Shown here: piece after piece, positions 1-7,880 of the stretch | Position numbering within the stretch: the first letter of the stretch is position 1 | Layout: each line of letters starts with the position of its first letter | Made by a program: the position numbers and the translations under genes | The notes under the pieces: generated by a model | Told to the model about the DNA's origin: nothing | Database searches by the model: none | The model's input: only the letters and a program-made list of their open reading frames with translations | DNA from: a virus | IMG/VR virus record: IMGVR_UViG_3300029709_000016 | Reading direction: 5' to 3' (one strand) | DNA length: 57,842 bases

Positions 1-111
1 TTCCACAGCCTATACCACTCAAAAAGAAGTTGAAAGACTATCTTGAGGATAATGTAGATGAAAAGTATTACATCAACAATGAAAAGGCTGGCAAACTGAT
101 AAAACAGCTTA
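1..111. repeat. Terminal direct repeat: 1-111 is identical to 57732-57842 (overlap of a circular or permuted genome; unit 57731 bp)
   Basis: Both ends carry the same 111-nt string (ttccacagcctatacc...aaaacagctta), and it lies inside one continuous reading frame. Confidence 0.95.
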
Positions 112-143
112 GACAACGGCACATTACCAAGTACAATCCCTAA

Positions 144-183
144 GAGCAGAGCAGAGCAGAGCAGAGCAGAGCAGAGCAGAGCA
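144..183. repeat. Pentanucleotide microsatellite (GAGCA)x8
   Basis: Eight perfect tandem GAGCA units start immediately after the in-frame TAA (141-143) of the methyltransferase. The tract is open in all three frames. Confidence 0.95.
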
Positions 184-588
184 GACTTGCGTTGACGGAA
201 CAATCTGTAAACCGCAATCAAGAGAAGTTGCAAACTGTATCAAGGCAAGATACGACTGCGGAATATCAAACTTGCGGTCGGATGGAAACTGTGTTGTTGA
301 AAGACCAAGGAGCAACATTAGATAAACAAATTGATATTGCAACAACATTGAGAGCAAGGGATTACAAAGGGTTTGATAATTACGGAAGTAACGGAGTGAT
401 TGAATGGAAGTATTAGGAAGCATATATACAGAAATTTCAGACAGATTTCAAAGAGGCATTATCGTGGGCATTTCCCGATGTGTAAAGGCTGAAAAACACG
501 ATTTAGGAGTAATTATGGCAGATGTAAATGTAATAGGTTCTCTTGAAGCAAAATTTGAGAGTACCAACAGAATTTATGATGTGTGTGT

Positions 589-597
589 GGGGGGGGG
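589..597. repeat. Poly-G tract (G9) at the junction of two methyltransferase frame segments
   Basis: Sequence gtgtgtgtggggggggga. The upstream frame reads NRIYDVCVGGG and the downstream frame reads GGGSPTLS. One extra G would fuse them. Confidence 0.9.
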
Positions 598-1124
598 AGT
601 CCAACGTTGAGTACAATGCAAGGCGGTAATCAAAAACCGAAAATACTTGAAGTAAAACAGTTGGGATTTATGGATAGTGGCACAGGCAAACACCAATCAA
701 ACACAGTATATGACGAAAATGCACTTTGCCCTAATATCACAACAGTTGAGGGTGGCGGCACGCAACAGATTAAAGTGTGTGAAAGTCAGATAGTTGCTAT
801 GCGTGGCAAAAATCCCGATAATCCGTCAGATAGAACTGTGGGAAGTCCAACAGAGCAGAGATTAGAAGTAAATATGCAAGGCACAAGTAATTGCTTAACG
901 AGTGTGCAGAAAGATAATTTATTGCTTGAAAAACCCCAATATCGTATCAGAAAGCTAACACCTAGAGAGTGCGGACGGCTGATGGGTGTATCTGATGAAG
1001 ATATTAACAAAATGGCAGCAGTCAATAGTAATACACAGTTATATAAGCAGTTTGGTAACAGCATTGTTGTTGATATCATGTGTGCTATGTTTGAAAATTT
1101 GAATATCAATCAAGGTGGTACAGT

Positions 1125-1316
1125 ATGAAAGACGAAGCAAAACACGAAATACAAATCTTACTTGACCTGTTAAAATCCAGCCTTACACGGAACGGCGTAA
1201 GCATGGCAACTGACAGAGAGGGCAATTTGATGTTTTTTGATACCGCAGAATATAACCGAAGTGGTGGCAAGTCATTTGACGGATTTAGAATCAATATTAA
1301 TGATTTAGTAAAGTAA
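1125..1316 (+). CDS. hypothetical protein (63 aa)
   Basis: ORF with aaggtgg RBS; its start overlaps the methyltransferase stop. Confidence 0.5.
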   Translation: MKDEAKHEIQILLDLLKSSLTRNGVSMATDREGNLMFFDTAEYNRSGGKSFDGFRININDLVK

Positions 1317-1356
1317 CGAAGCAACGGAACTTGAATAACAGATAAGGGGCGATAAT

Positions 1357-2118
1357 ATGGCAATATATCGAAATGTCCAATTGGCATTTTGGACGGATAG
1401 CAAAGTTGAAGACGATTTTACACCGGAAGACAAGTATTTTTACATGTACATTTTAACTAATCCACAGACGAATATCTGCGGGTGCTACGAAGTGAATTTT
1501 TCGCAAATGGCAAGACATACAGGCTATAGCAAAGACACTATCGTAAGGCTTCTTGAGCGGTTCGACAAAGTACACAATGTTATAAAATACGATTCAAATA
1601 CGAAAGAGATACTGATATTGCGGTGGTACAAATACAATTGGAATAAATCGGAAAAAGTTCTTGCAGGAGTATTGAGTGCGGCAAAACGGATTAAATCTGA
1701 AAAATTCAGAAAATACGTTAATGATATTGTTGATTCAATCAGAAATGACACACCATTATTAGACCACAGCATTGAAGAAACATCTGATACCAATTTGCCC
1801 GACAGCGCAAATGAAAAAGAAGACAATGCGGTGTATATGAATGTTATCGACTACTTGAACAAAAGATGTAATACTAAATACAGATACAATACGCAGTCAA
1901 CGAAGCGGCACATACACGCAAGGATAGAAGACGGATATAGAGAATCCGATTTTTACGAGGTGATAGACAAAAAGGCAGGCGAATGGCTGGGAACGGATAT
2001 GGAGAAATATTTGCGACCGGAAACCTTGTTCGGGACAAAGTTTGAAAATTATTTGAACCAAAATATAGTACCTAATAAAAATTTTAGCAAGGGTACTATT
2101 GATTGGGACAATGTGTAA
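1357..2118 (+). CDS. phage replisome organizer / DnaD-like replication protein
   Basis: N-terminus NVQLAFWTD..FYMYILTNP..CGCYE. C-terminus IDYLNKRCNTKYRY..HIHARIEDGY..ETLFGTKFENYLNQ, typical of the conserved phage C-terminal domain. Confidence 0.7.
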   Translation: MAIYRNVQLAFWTDSKVEDDFTPEDKYFYMYILTNPQTNICGCYEVNFSQMARHTGYSKDTIVRLLERFDKVHNVIKYDSNTKEILILRWYKYNWNKSEKVLAGVLSAAKRIKSEKFRKYVNDIVDSIRNDTPLLDHSIEETSDTNLPDSANEKEDNAVYMNVIDYLNKRCNTKYRYNTQSTKRHIHARIEDGYRESDFYEVIDKKAGEWLGTDMEKYLRPETLFGTKFENYLNQNIVPNKNFSKGTIDWDNV

Positions 2119-2134
2119 AGGCAGGTGGCAATGA

Positions 2135-2797
2135 TTGACAAGAGAAGAAACAGTCAAAATCATTCGGATTATGTGCGACAGCTATCCGAATTATAAGCCG
2201 AACAATATTTCGGAAACGGTTGACGTGTGGTGCATGATGTTAGAGGATTACAACTACAATCAAATTTCGGTTGCGTTAAAAGCTTACGTAACATCGGATA
2301 CAAGCGGATTTGCGCCGAGTATAGGAGAGCTGATAGCAAAAATACAAATGATTTCACAGCCGCAGCAATTGAATGAAATGGAAGCATGGAGTTTAGTGAG
2401 TAAAGCATTGCGGAATGGTACATATGGTGCAGCCGAGGAGTTTTCAAGGCTTCCGCCGACCGTTCAAGAAGCTGTTGGGAATCCCGATAATCTAAGAAAT
2501 TGGGCAACGTCCGATTACAAAGCGATTGAAACCGTAATACAGTCCAATTTTATCAAAACTTACAGAAGCGTTACAAGCCGGGCAGAAGAAATTAAAAGAG
2601 TGCCGGCAGAAATTCAGAAACTTATCGAAAAAGTAAATCAAAATTCACTAAAGGCTCAAATCGAGCAAAAATACCAAAATAATACAAATCTTCTTTCGGA
2701 CAAGAATAAGCCGTCTATGAGCGATACAGAAGACGTAGAAGCATATTCAGAACCACCGAAAGAATTTGAAATTTTAAAAGACAGTTTGAGGAAATAA
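2135..2797 (+). CDS. G39P-like helicase loader/inhibitor family protein (putative)
   Basis: TTG start 7 nt after aggtgg. N-terminal pattern KIIRIMCDSYPNYKP..VDVWCMMLEDY..V..ALKAY resembles the G39P family. Confidence 0.45.
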   Translation: MTREETVKIIRIMCDSYPNYKPNNISETVDVWCMMLEDYNYNQISVALKAYVTSDTSGFAPSIGELIAKIQMISQPQQLNEMEAWSLVSKALRNGTYGAAEEFSRLPPTVQEAVGNPDNLRNWATSDYKAIETVIQSNFIKTYRSVTSRAEEIKRVPAEIQKLIEKVNQNSLKAQIEQKYQNNTNLLSDKNKPSMSDTEDVEAYSEPPKEFEILKDSLRK

Positions 2798-2798
2798 A

Positions 2799-3464
2799 AT
2801 GGCATTAACGCAAAAAGAAATTAGTCACAATTGTTACATAAGACGCAAAGAAAATGGATTATGTCCACGTTGCGGAAAGCCGCTTGACAGAACTGGTTAC
2901 TACTGTTCGGATTGTTTAAAGAAAAATAACGAACGTGAAAAAGAATTTCGTGAGTGGTGCAAAGAATACAAAATTTGTCCGCAATGCAAAAAAAACAAAC
3001 TTTTTGGCGATGAACATATTTGCCTGGAATGTTTAGCAAGAAAATCTATATACCGTGCAAACAATCCCATATCCGATGAAAAACAAAAACAATACAATGA
3101 GAGATTCAAAAAACAGCAGCGGGCGCTGTACCAGCAACGAAAAGAACAAGGTATTTGTACCCGTTGTGGTAAACGTCCAGCGGCAAAGCCTAAAGCCAAA
3201 TGTGCAATATGCTTAAAAAAGAACGCTCAAGCGCATAAAAAGCAATATTACGACAAAATAGATATAAAAGAGTATCGCAAAGCTAATAATCTATGCTACC
3301 ACTGCGGCAATCCTATAGACCGTGAAACAGGGCAGTTGTGCCAATCGTGTTGGGATAAATGCCGTGAAAATGGATTAAAAAGCCCACATGATAATACATA
3401 CTGGCGGCAGGACAATAACATAGTTTTTAAATGGAATCGAGGTGCTAAAAATGAACATAAATAG
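2799..3464 (+). CDS. multi-zinc-ribbon protein (four CxxC..CxxC units)
   Basis: Repeated CPRCGK..CSDCLKK, CPQCKK..CLECL, CTRCGK..CAICLKK, CYHCGN..CQSCW. Confidence 0.6.
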   Translation: MALTQKEISHNCYIRRKENGLCPRCGKPLDRTGYYCSDCLKKNNEREKEFREWCKEYKICPQCKKNKLFGDEHICLECLARKSIYRANNPISDEKQKQYNERFKKQQRALYQQRKEQGICTRCGKRPAAKPKAKCAICLKKNAQAHKKQYYDKIDIKEYRKANNLCYHCGNPIDRETGQLCQSCWDKCRENGLKSPHDNTYWRQDNNIVFKWNRGAKNEHK

Positions 3465-3588
3465 TGCAACTGACAAAGGCTGTGATAAATGCAAGCATAA
3501 GTTTTATTTAGGCACAAATAAGCAAGGTGCGGCAATTTACGGTTGTAAAAACCGTACTGGTAAATGCCCGGAGCGCAAAAACAAATAA
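3451..3588 (+). CDS. small Cys-rich protein (45 aa)
   Basis: ATG preceded by gaggtg. Encodes MNINSATDKGCDKCKH..GCKNRTGKCPERKNK. Below the ORF-track size cutoff. Confidence 0.4.
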   Translation: MNINSATDKGCDKCKHKFYLGTNKQGAAIYGCKNRTGKCPERKNK

Positions 3589-3605
3589 TTGAAAGGAAAC
3601 GGCTT

Positions 3606-3815
3606 ATGAAAATTTCAGAATTGACTAAGCCGGAGCTTGAAAAAATCATTGAAAATGCCAATTTTACAGATGAAGAAGAAAGAATTTTTAAATTGCTTTC
3701 AAAAGGGAACACTATAACACAGATAGCAATTCGGGTATCACTTTGTGAAAGAACTGTTAATCGAAAAGTTATTAAAATCAAGCAAAAAATTAAGCGATTG
3801 GAGGATATTTTATGA
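3606..3815 (+). CDS. sigma-70 region-4-like / HTH transcriptional regulator (70 aa)
   Basis: Internal ATG with gaaagga RBS. Pattern FTDEEERIFKLLSKGNTITQIAIRVSLCERTVNRKV is HTH-like. Confidence 0.5.
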   Translation: MKISELTKPELEKIIENANFTDEEERIFKLLSKGNTITQIAIRVSLCERTVNRKVIKIKQKIKRLEDIL

Positions 3816-3910
3816 TTAATGTTACTCAAAATGGTAAAAATGTAGACACGGAAGAATTAACATTGCCGGACAGTATCGTTAAAATGATTGCAGAGATAAT
3901 TGACAAGTAA
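3812..3910 (+). CDS. small hypothetical protein (32 aa)
   Basis: Strong RBS ttggagga 7 nt upstream of the ATG. Confidence 0.35.
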   Translation: MINVTQNGKNVDTEELTLPDSIVKMIAEIIDK

Positions 3911-3922
3911 ATTTTAGATGTG

Positions 3923-3960
3923 TAAAATGTGCTGTATCGTGATAAATGCGGCACATTTTA
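3923..3960. promoter_or_regulatory. Perfect 10-bp inverted repeat TAAAATGTGC-N18-GCACATTTTA just upstream of the integrase (attP or operator candidate)
   Basis: Read directly from the sequence. The spacer contains atcgtgataaatgcggca, which recurs inverted at 5386-5403. Confidence 0.4.
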
Positions 3961-3981
3961 TACTTTAGGAGGATATATACT

Positions 3982-5343
3982 ATGAAATGTGTTGCTTATA
4001 TGAGAGTATCGACAGAGAAACAGGCAGAAGAAGGTAACGGACTTGAAAGCCAAAAGCGCGATATTGAAAACTATTGCAGAAAAAATGAATTGATAATAGC
4101 TGATTGGTATGTTGATGAAGGATATACGGGTTCAAATATGAATCGCCCGGAATTGCAAAGGCTGATTACTGATTGTAGCCGCAAAAAAGTAAATTGCGTT
4201 GTTGCATTTAAGCTTGACCGTATTTCCCGAAGCATGGTTGACGGAATTTACATCATCGAAAAAGTATTCCAAAGCAATAATGTTGCGTTTAAATGTGTAC
4301 ATGACAGCATTAGTTATGACAGCCCTATGGAACAGGCATACACACAGATGATGGCAGTATTTGCACAACTCGACAAAAACACAATGATGTTGCGTATGCG
4401 CGGCGGTATGCTTGAACGTATTAAGCAAGGCTACTGGTGGGGTGGCGGCAATACGCCTTACTGTTATCGGTATGATAAAGAACAAGGAATATTAATTCCT
4501 ATCCAGGAAAGAGCAGAACAGGCAAGGAAAGCCTTGGAATTGTTTATTTCCGGCTATTCAGACGCGAAAATTAAAGAAATATGTGGCTTCAAATCTGAAT
4601 TAGTTACGCGAAAAGTGCTTACCGGAGTTGTAAATATTGGCATGATACCATACAAAGGCAATATCTATCAAGGCAAGCATAAACCGATTTTTGATAAAGA
4701 TAGATTTGAACTTGCTCAAGAATTGAGAAAATCAAGGTGCTCTGCAAAAATAAGTTGCTTTACTGAACCGAATTTACTCACAGGTTTGTGCTATTGCGGA
4801 GTGTGCGGTTGTAAAATGCGTTATCAAAAGTGGAGTAATGGGAATCACAAGATATATTGCTGTTCAAGAAATAAAGGCTTGAAATATCTTCCGAATTACA
4901 ATCCGAACTGCAATAATTCTCTTGAATGGGCCGACGATATAGAAAAGCAAGTTACTGATGAAATACTTAAAATTTCACTCAATTTGTCTTCTTACAAACC
5001 AAAAGCAAAAGAAACAAAGCTTGAAATTATGCAATCACAACTTGAGCGAGAACAAACAAAGCTTAAACGTCTATATAGCTTATATGCAGACGGCAATGAT
5101 ACTGTCTTGGAAATGATAAAAGATTTAGAATCGCAAATTTCAAAGACAAAAGAAGATATTTCTGTAGAAAGTAAAAATGCCATTAATACACAAAAGAAAG
5201 AATTTACTTATCAGAACATAAAAAAACTTGCCGATGTTTGGGACAACATCGACAAGAAACAAAAAAATTTCATACTGAAAACTATAATAGATAAAGTTAT
5301 TATAGTCAATGGAAATGTTGAAATTCAGTTAAAGAATTTTTAG
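3982..5343 (+). CDS. int: large serine recombinase (phage integrase)
   Basis: CVAYMRVSTEKQ catalytic-Ser motif, recombinase domain GYWWGGGNTPYCYRYD, zinc ribbon CYCGVCGCKMRY..YCCSRNK, C-terminal coiled coil. RBS aggagg. Confidence 0.9.
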   Translation: MKCVAYMRVSTEKQAEEGNGLESQKRDIENYCRKNELIIADWYVDEGYTGSNMNRPELQRLITDCSRKKVNCVVAFKLDRISRSMVDGIYIIEKVFQSNNVAFKCVHDSISYDSPMEQAYTQMMAVFAQLDKNTMMLRMRGGMLERIKQGYWWGGGNTPYCYRYDKEQGILIPIQERAEQARKALELFISGYSDAKIKEICGFKSELVTRKVLTGVVNIGMIPYKGNIYQGKHKPIFDKDRFELAQELRKSRCSAKISCFTEPNLLTGLCYCGVCGCKMRYQKWSNGNHKIYCCSRNKGLKYLPNYNPNCNNSLEWADDIEKQVTDEILKISLNLSSYKPKAKETKLEIMQSQLEREQTKLKRLYSLYADGNDTVLEMIKDLESQISKTKEDISVESKNAINTQKKEFTYQNIKKLADVWDNIDKKQKNFILKTIIDKVIIVNGNVEIQLKNF

Positions 5344-5385
5344 CATATACTTAATGCTACGGGTATTGCGTTAAAGAAGTGCTAA

Positions 5386-5403
5386 TGCCGTATTTATCAC
5401 GAT
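5386..5403. repeat. Inverted copy (17/18) of 3936-3953, downstream of int
   Basis: tgccgtatttatcacgat matches the reverse complement of atcgtgataaatgcggca. Confidence 0.7.
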
Positions 5404-5430
5404 TTTTAAACATGAATTATTTGAATATGT

Positions 5431-5472
5431 CGCTAAAGTGTCGTTTTGATGTCGCTTTTAGCGTCTTTTTTT
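5431..5472 (+). terminator. Rho-independent terminator after int
   Basis: cgctaaag...cttttagcg stem (one bulge) followed by a T7 run. Confidence 0.55.
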
Positions 5473-5505
5473 ATGCCAAAATGTAATTGTAAGGAGGAAG
5501 CGCTT

Positions 5506-5670
5506 ATGTTTTCAGACGAAGTTTTAGAGAAGATTTTTGCAAGAAAAGAATTACAAAGCTTACCTCTGCAAGTTCAGTCAAGCATAATCCATGCGATTGA
5601 AAATGTTTTAGAGGAGGACAGCAAAAATGCAGATAAACAATCCGTATCAGCAACCGGCAATGAATTATAA
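5506..5670 (+). CDS. small hypothetical protein (54 aa)
   Basis: ATG 7 nt after aaggagg. Confidence 0.5.
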   Translation: MFSDEVLEKIFARKELQSLPLQVQSSIIHAIENVLEEDSKNADKQSVSATGNEL

Positions 5671-6169
5671 TCCAGGATATGCCGCATATCAGTACAATCC
5701 TATGGCAAATATGCAGAGATACCAACAGTCGGATACGCAAATTCAACAGCAGGTTCCACAATTTCAGCAACAACAGCAGGTAATCGGCATAAACGGCAAG
5801 ATTGTAGCAGCAGTTGAAAATATTACCGCAAATGATGTGCCTATGGACGGTTCAGTTGCCTTTTTCCCAAAGCAGGATTTGTCGGAAATCTATGTAAAAG
5901 GTTGGAACGCAGACGGAACAATCAGAACGATTGTGTATAAGCCTTATACAGAGCCTTCAAACAATACAGCGGTAAATTCTATGGGCGGCACAGAAAAATC
6001 AAAATTTGACCTATCAGAGGAAAGCACAGAGGTATTAATGAACAGGTTTGATAGTTTGGAAAATAGATTAAGTGAAATCGAGCAGTTTATGACGACTAAA
6101 ACATCGGCAAAAAGCACGGCTAAATCAAAAAATAGCCCAAAGCAGGACGGTGGGGGTGAAGATGAATGA
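5627..6169 (+). CDS. Gln/Tyr/Asn/Pro-rich N-terminus protein (180 aa), function unknown
   Basis: RBS gaggagg. N-terminus NNPYQQPAMNYNPGYAAYQYNP..QQQVPQFQQQQQ, then a globular domain. Confidence 0.6.
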   Translation: MQINNPYQQPAMNYNPGYAAYQYNPMANMQRYQQSDTQIQQQVPQFQQQQQVIGINGKIVAAVENITANDVPMDGSVAFFPKQDLSEIYVKGWNADGTIRTIVYKPYTEPSNNTAVNSMGGTEKSKFDLSEESTEVLMNRFDSLENRLSEIEQFMTTKTSAKSTAKSKNSPKQDGGGEDE

Positions 6170-6402
6170 ATCCAGTTGAGCTTATTCGATTAATAAAAAG
6201 TGGCAATCCGCAACAGGTCCTTTCGCAAATGATGAATAGCAATCCTCAAATATCAAACAATCCTATGGCTAAAAATGCCATTCAGATGTACAAAAATGGG
6301 GACACGCAGGGACTAAAAACGCTGGCAGAAAATCTTTGCCGCGAACAGGGAATTACGACCGATGAAGCAAAACAGCGAGTTTTAAGTATTTTTAATCGTT
6401 AG
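6166..6402 (+). CDS. hypothetical protein (78 aa)
   Basis: ORF translationally coupled to the previous gene (atgaatga overlap). Confidence 0.5.
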   Translation: MNPVELIRLIKSGNPQQVLSQMMNSNPQISNNPMAKNAIQMYKNGDTQGLKTLAENLCREQGITTDEAKQRVLSIFNR

Positions 6403-6474
6403 TACATTTTGGGTTGTGCGCACATAATAACCGGTTATCCCATTTGTAAATATATTTCAATGGAGGTAAACAAA

Positions 6475-7266
6475 ATGTTTAACACAGGTGCAATGCCTAG
6501 TCTTGCTGATATTGCGGCAGTAACGGGCAATAAAAATGATGGTGGCTGGGGCGACGGCAACGGCTGGTGGGTTCTTATTATTCTTTTTGCCATTTTTGGC
6601 GGCTGGGGCAACGGCGGCTGGGGTGGTAATGGTGCAAATGGCGGTGCAACACCTTATGCCACAAGCGCTTTAACGCAGGCAGATTTACAGAGAGGATTTG
6701 ATACACAGTCAATCGTGTCAAAGCTTGACGGAATCTCAAACGGACTTTGTGACGGATTCTATACACAGAATACCGCGCTTATGAGCGGATTCCACGGTGT
6801 CGATAACGCTATCTGCAACTTAGGCTATCAGACACAGCAGGGATTTAACACAACAAACGTTGCGTTAATGCAGGGACAGAATGCTTTGCAGTCACAGCTT
6901 GCTAATTGTTGCTGTGAAACGAGAGAAGCCATTCAGGGTGTAAATTACAACATGGCACAGAATACTTGTGCATTACAGAATACAATGAATAGTAATACAC
7001 GAGATATTATCGACAGCCAAAATGCAGGAACAAGAGCCATTCTTGATTATCTCTGCAATGAGAAAATTTCCAGCTTACAGGCAGAAAACAACGATTTACG
7101 CAGAGCGGCTTCACAGGATAGACAGAGTGCATTACTTACTACTGCAATGGCTTCGCAGACACAGCAGATTATTAATGCAGTCAATCCGGCGCCGATTCCG
7201 GCATATCAGGTGCCGAACCCTAATGTATATTACGGTTGTGGTTGCAATAGCGGTTGCGGCTGCTAA
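6475..7266 (+). CDS. Gly/Trp-rich membrane-anchored, Cys-rich protein (263 aa)
   Basis: ATG 8 nt after ggagg. GGWGDGNGWWVLIILFAIFGGWGNGGWGGNG hydrophobic segment, CCCE motif, C-terminal YYGCGCNSGCGC. Confidence 0.6.
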   Translation: MFNTGAMPSLADIAAVTGNKNDGGWGDGNGWWVLIILFAIFGGWGNGGWGGNGANGGATPYATSALTQADLQRGFDTQSIVSKLDGISNGLCDGFYTQNTALMSGFHGVDNAICNLGYQTQQGFNTTNVALMQGQNALQSQLANCCCETREAIQGVNYNMAQNTCALQNTMNSNTRDIIDSQNAGTRAILDYLCNEKISSLQAENNDLRRAASQDRQSALLTTAMASQTQQIINAVNPAPIPAYQVPNPNVYYGCGCNSGCGC

Positions 7267-7445
7267 TTTACTAAATAATCAAGTATCTTAATCAAATTGA
7301 GTTTTTTCGAGTTTCACTCGGAATAAAACTCAAAAGGTTATGTCTGCTAATGCAGTATTACAATGTTCCCGACACCAATGTCGGGAAGACAGGGCAGACT
7401 TCAAGAAAGTTTGCCCTTTATTTTGTGAAAGAGAGGTATTATTTT

Positions 7446-7868
7446 ATGGCAGAATTTACAGGAATTGCACTTCAAACTGTTGCGCAGGGAGAAGATGTTG
7501 CATTTACAGAAACACCGGTTGCTGGTTCAAATTGCATTACGCACAGACAGGGAAGCGGTATTGTTAAATTGAGAGGACTTACAAACCAGTGCCGGGCAAG
7601 ATTTTTAGTATCTTATTCCGGGAATATTCAAATCCCGACAGGTGGAACGGTTGAAGCTATTTCTCTTGCTATTGCGATTGACGGTGAGCCGCTGCAGTCA
7701 ACTCGTATGATTGTTACACCGGCGGCAGTAGAGAACTTCTTTAATGTTTCGGCACAGGCATATGTAGACGTTCCACGCGGTTGCTGCGTTACGGCAGCGG
7801 TACAAAATACATCTGCACAGGCAATCGAAGTTCAGAACAGCAATTTAATTGCAGTTCGGGAAGCATAA
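7446..7868 (+). CDS. BclA C-terminal-like (C1q/TNF-like jelly-roll) domain protein (putative)
   Basis: Internal ATG after agagagg. The pattern LQTVAQGEDVAF..ARFLVSYSGNIQ..LAIAIDGEPLQST..NSNLIAVREA parallels the BclA C-terminal domain layout from memory; no alignment was run. Confidence 0.4.
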   Translation: MAEFTGIALQTVAQGEDVAFTETPVAGSNCITHRQGSGIVKLRGLTNQCRARFLVSYSGNIQIPTGGTVEAISLAIAIDGEPLQSTRMIVTPAAVENFFNVSAQAYVDVPRGCCVTAAVQNTSAQAIEVQNSNLIAVREA

Positions 7869-7880
7869 GGGGGCGGTTTT

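Larger units (their letters stand above)
1..1128 (+). pseudogene. C5-methyltransferase multi-TRD and C-terminal half, split into four segments (3-143 ends TAA; 144-416 ends TAG; 404-610; 583-1128)
   Basis: TRD-like strings TTLRARDYKG, GISRCVKAEKH, NRIYDV/SPTLSTMQGG, TVYDENALCPNITT and AMRGKNPDNP..QRLEV. Motif IX is RKLTPRECGRLMGV and motif X is YKQFGNSIVV. These are spread over frames 3, 3, 2 and 1. Confidence 0.85.

Noticed and set aside
1-111. The terminal repeat as a physical direct terminal repeat or cos region.
   Set aside because: It lies in the middle of a coding frame and has no packaging-signal features. An assembly overlap of a circular or permuted genome is the simpler reading, although virion ends were not examined.
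144-183. The repeat tract as a CRISPR array or other spacer-containing repeat.
   Set aside because: The unit is only 5 nt with no spacers. It is a simple microsatellite.
3296-3829. A 177-aa minus-strand ORF overlapping the zinc-ribbon and sigma-like genes.
   Set aside because: It is antisense to tightly packed plus-strand genes that have good RBSs, and it has no start context.
7340-7445. Upstream extensions and overlapping ORFs (7340-7567, and 7350 as the start of the 7868 ORF).
   Set aside because: The extension crosses a hairpin (cccgaca-ccaa-tgtcggg) and lacks an RBS. ATG 7446 has a strong agagagg RBS.
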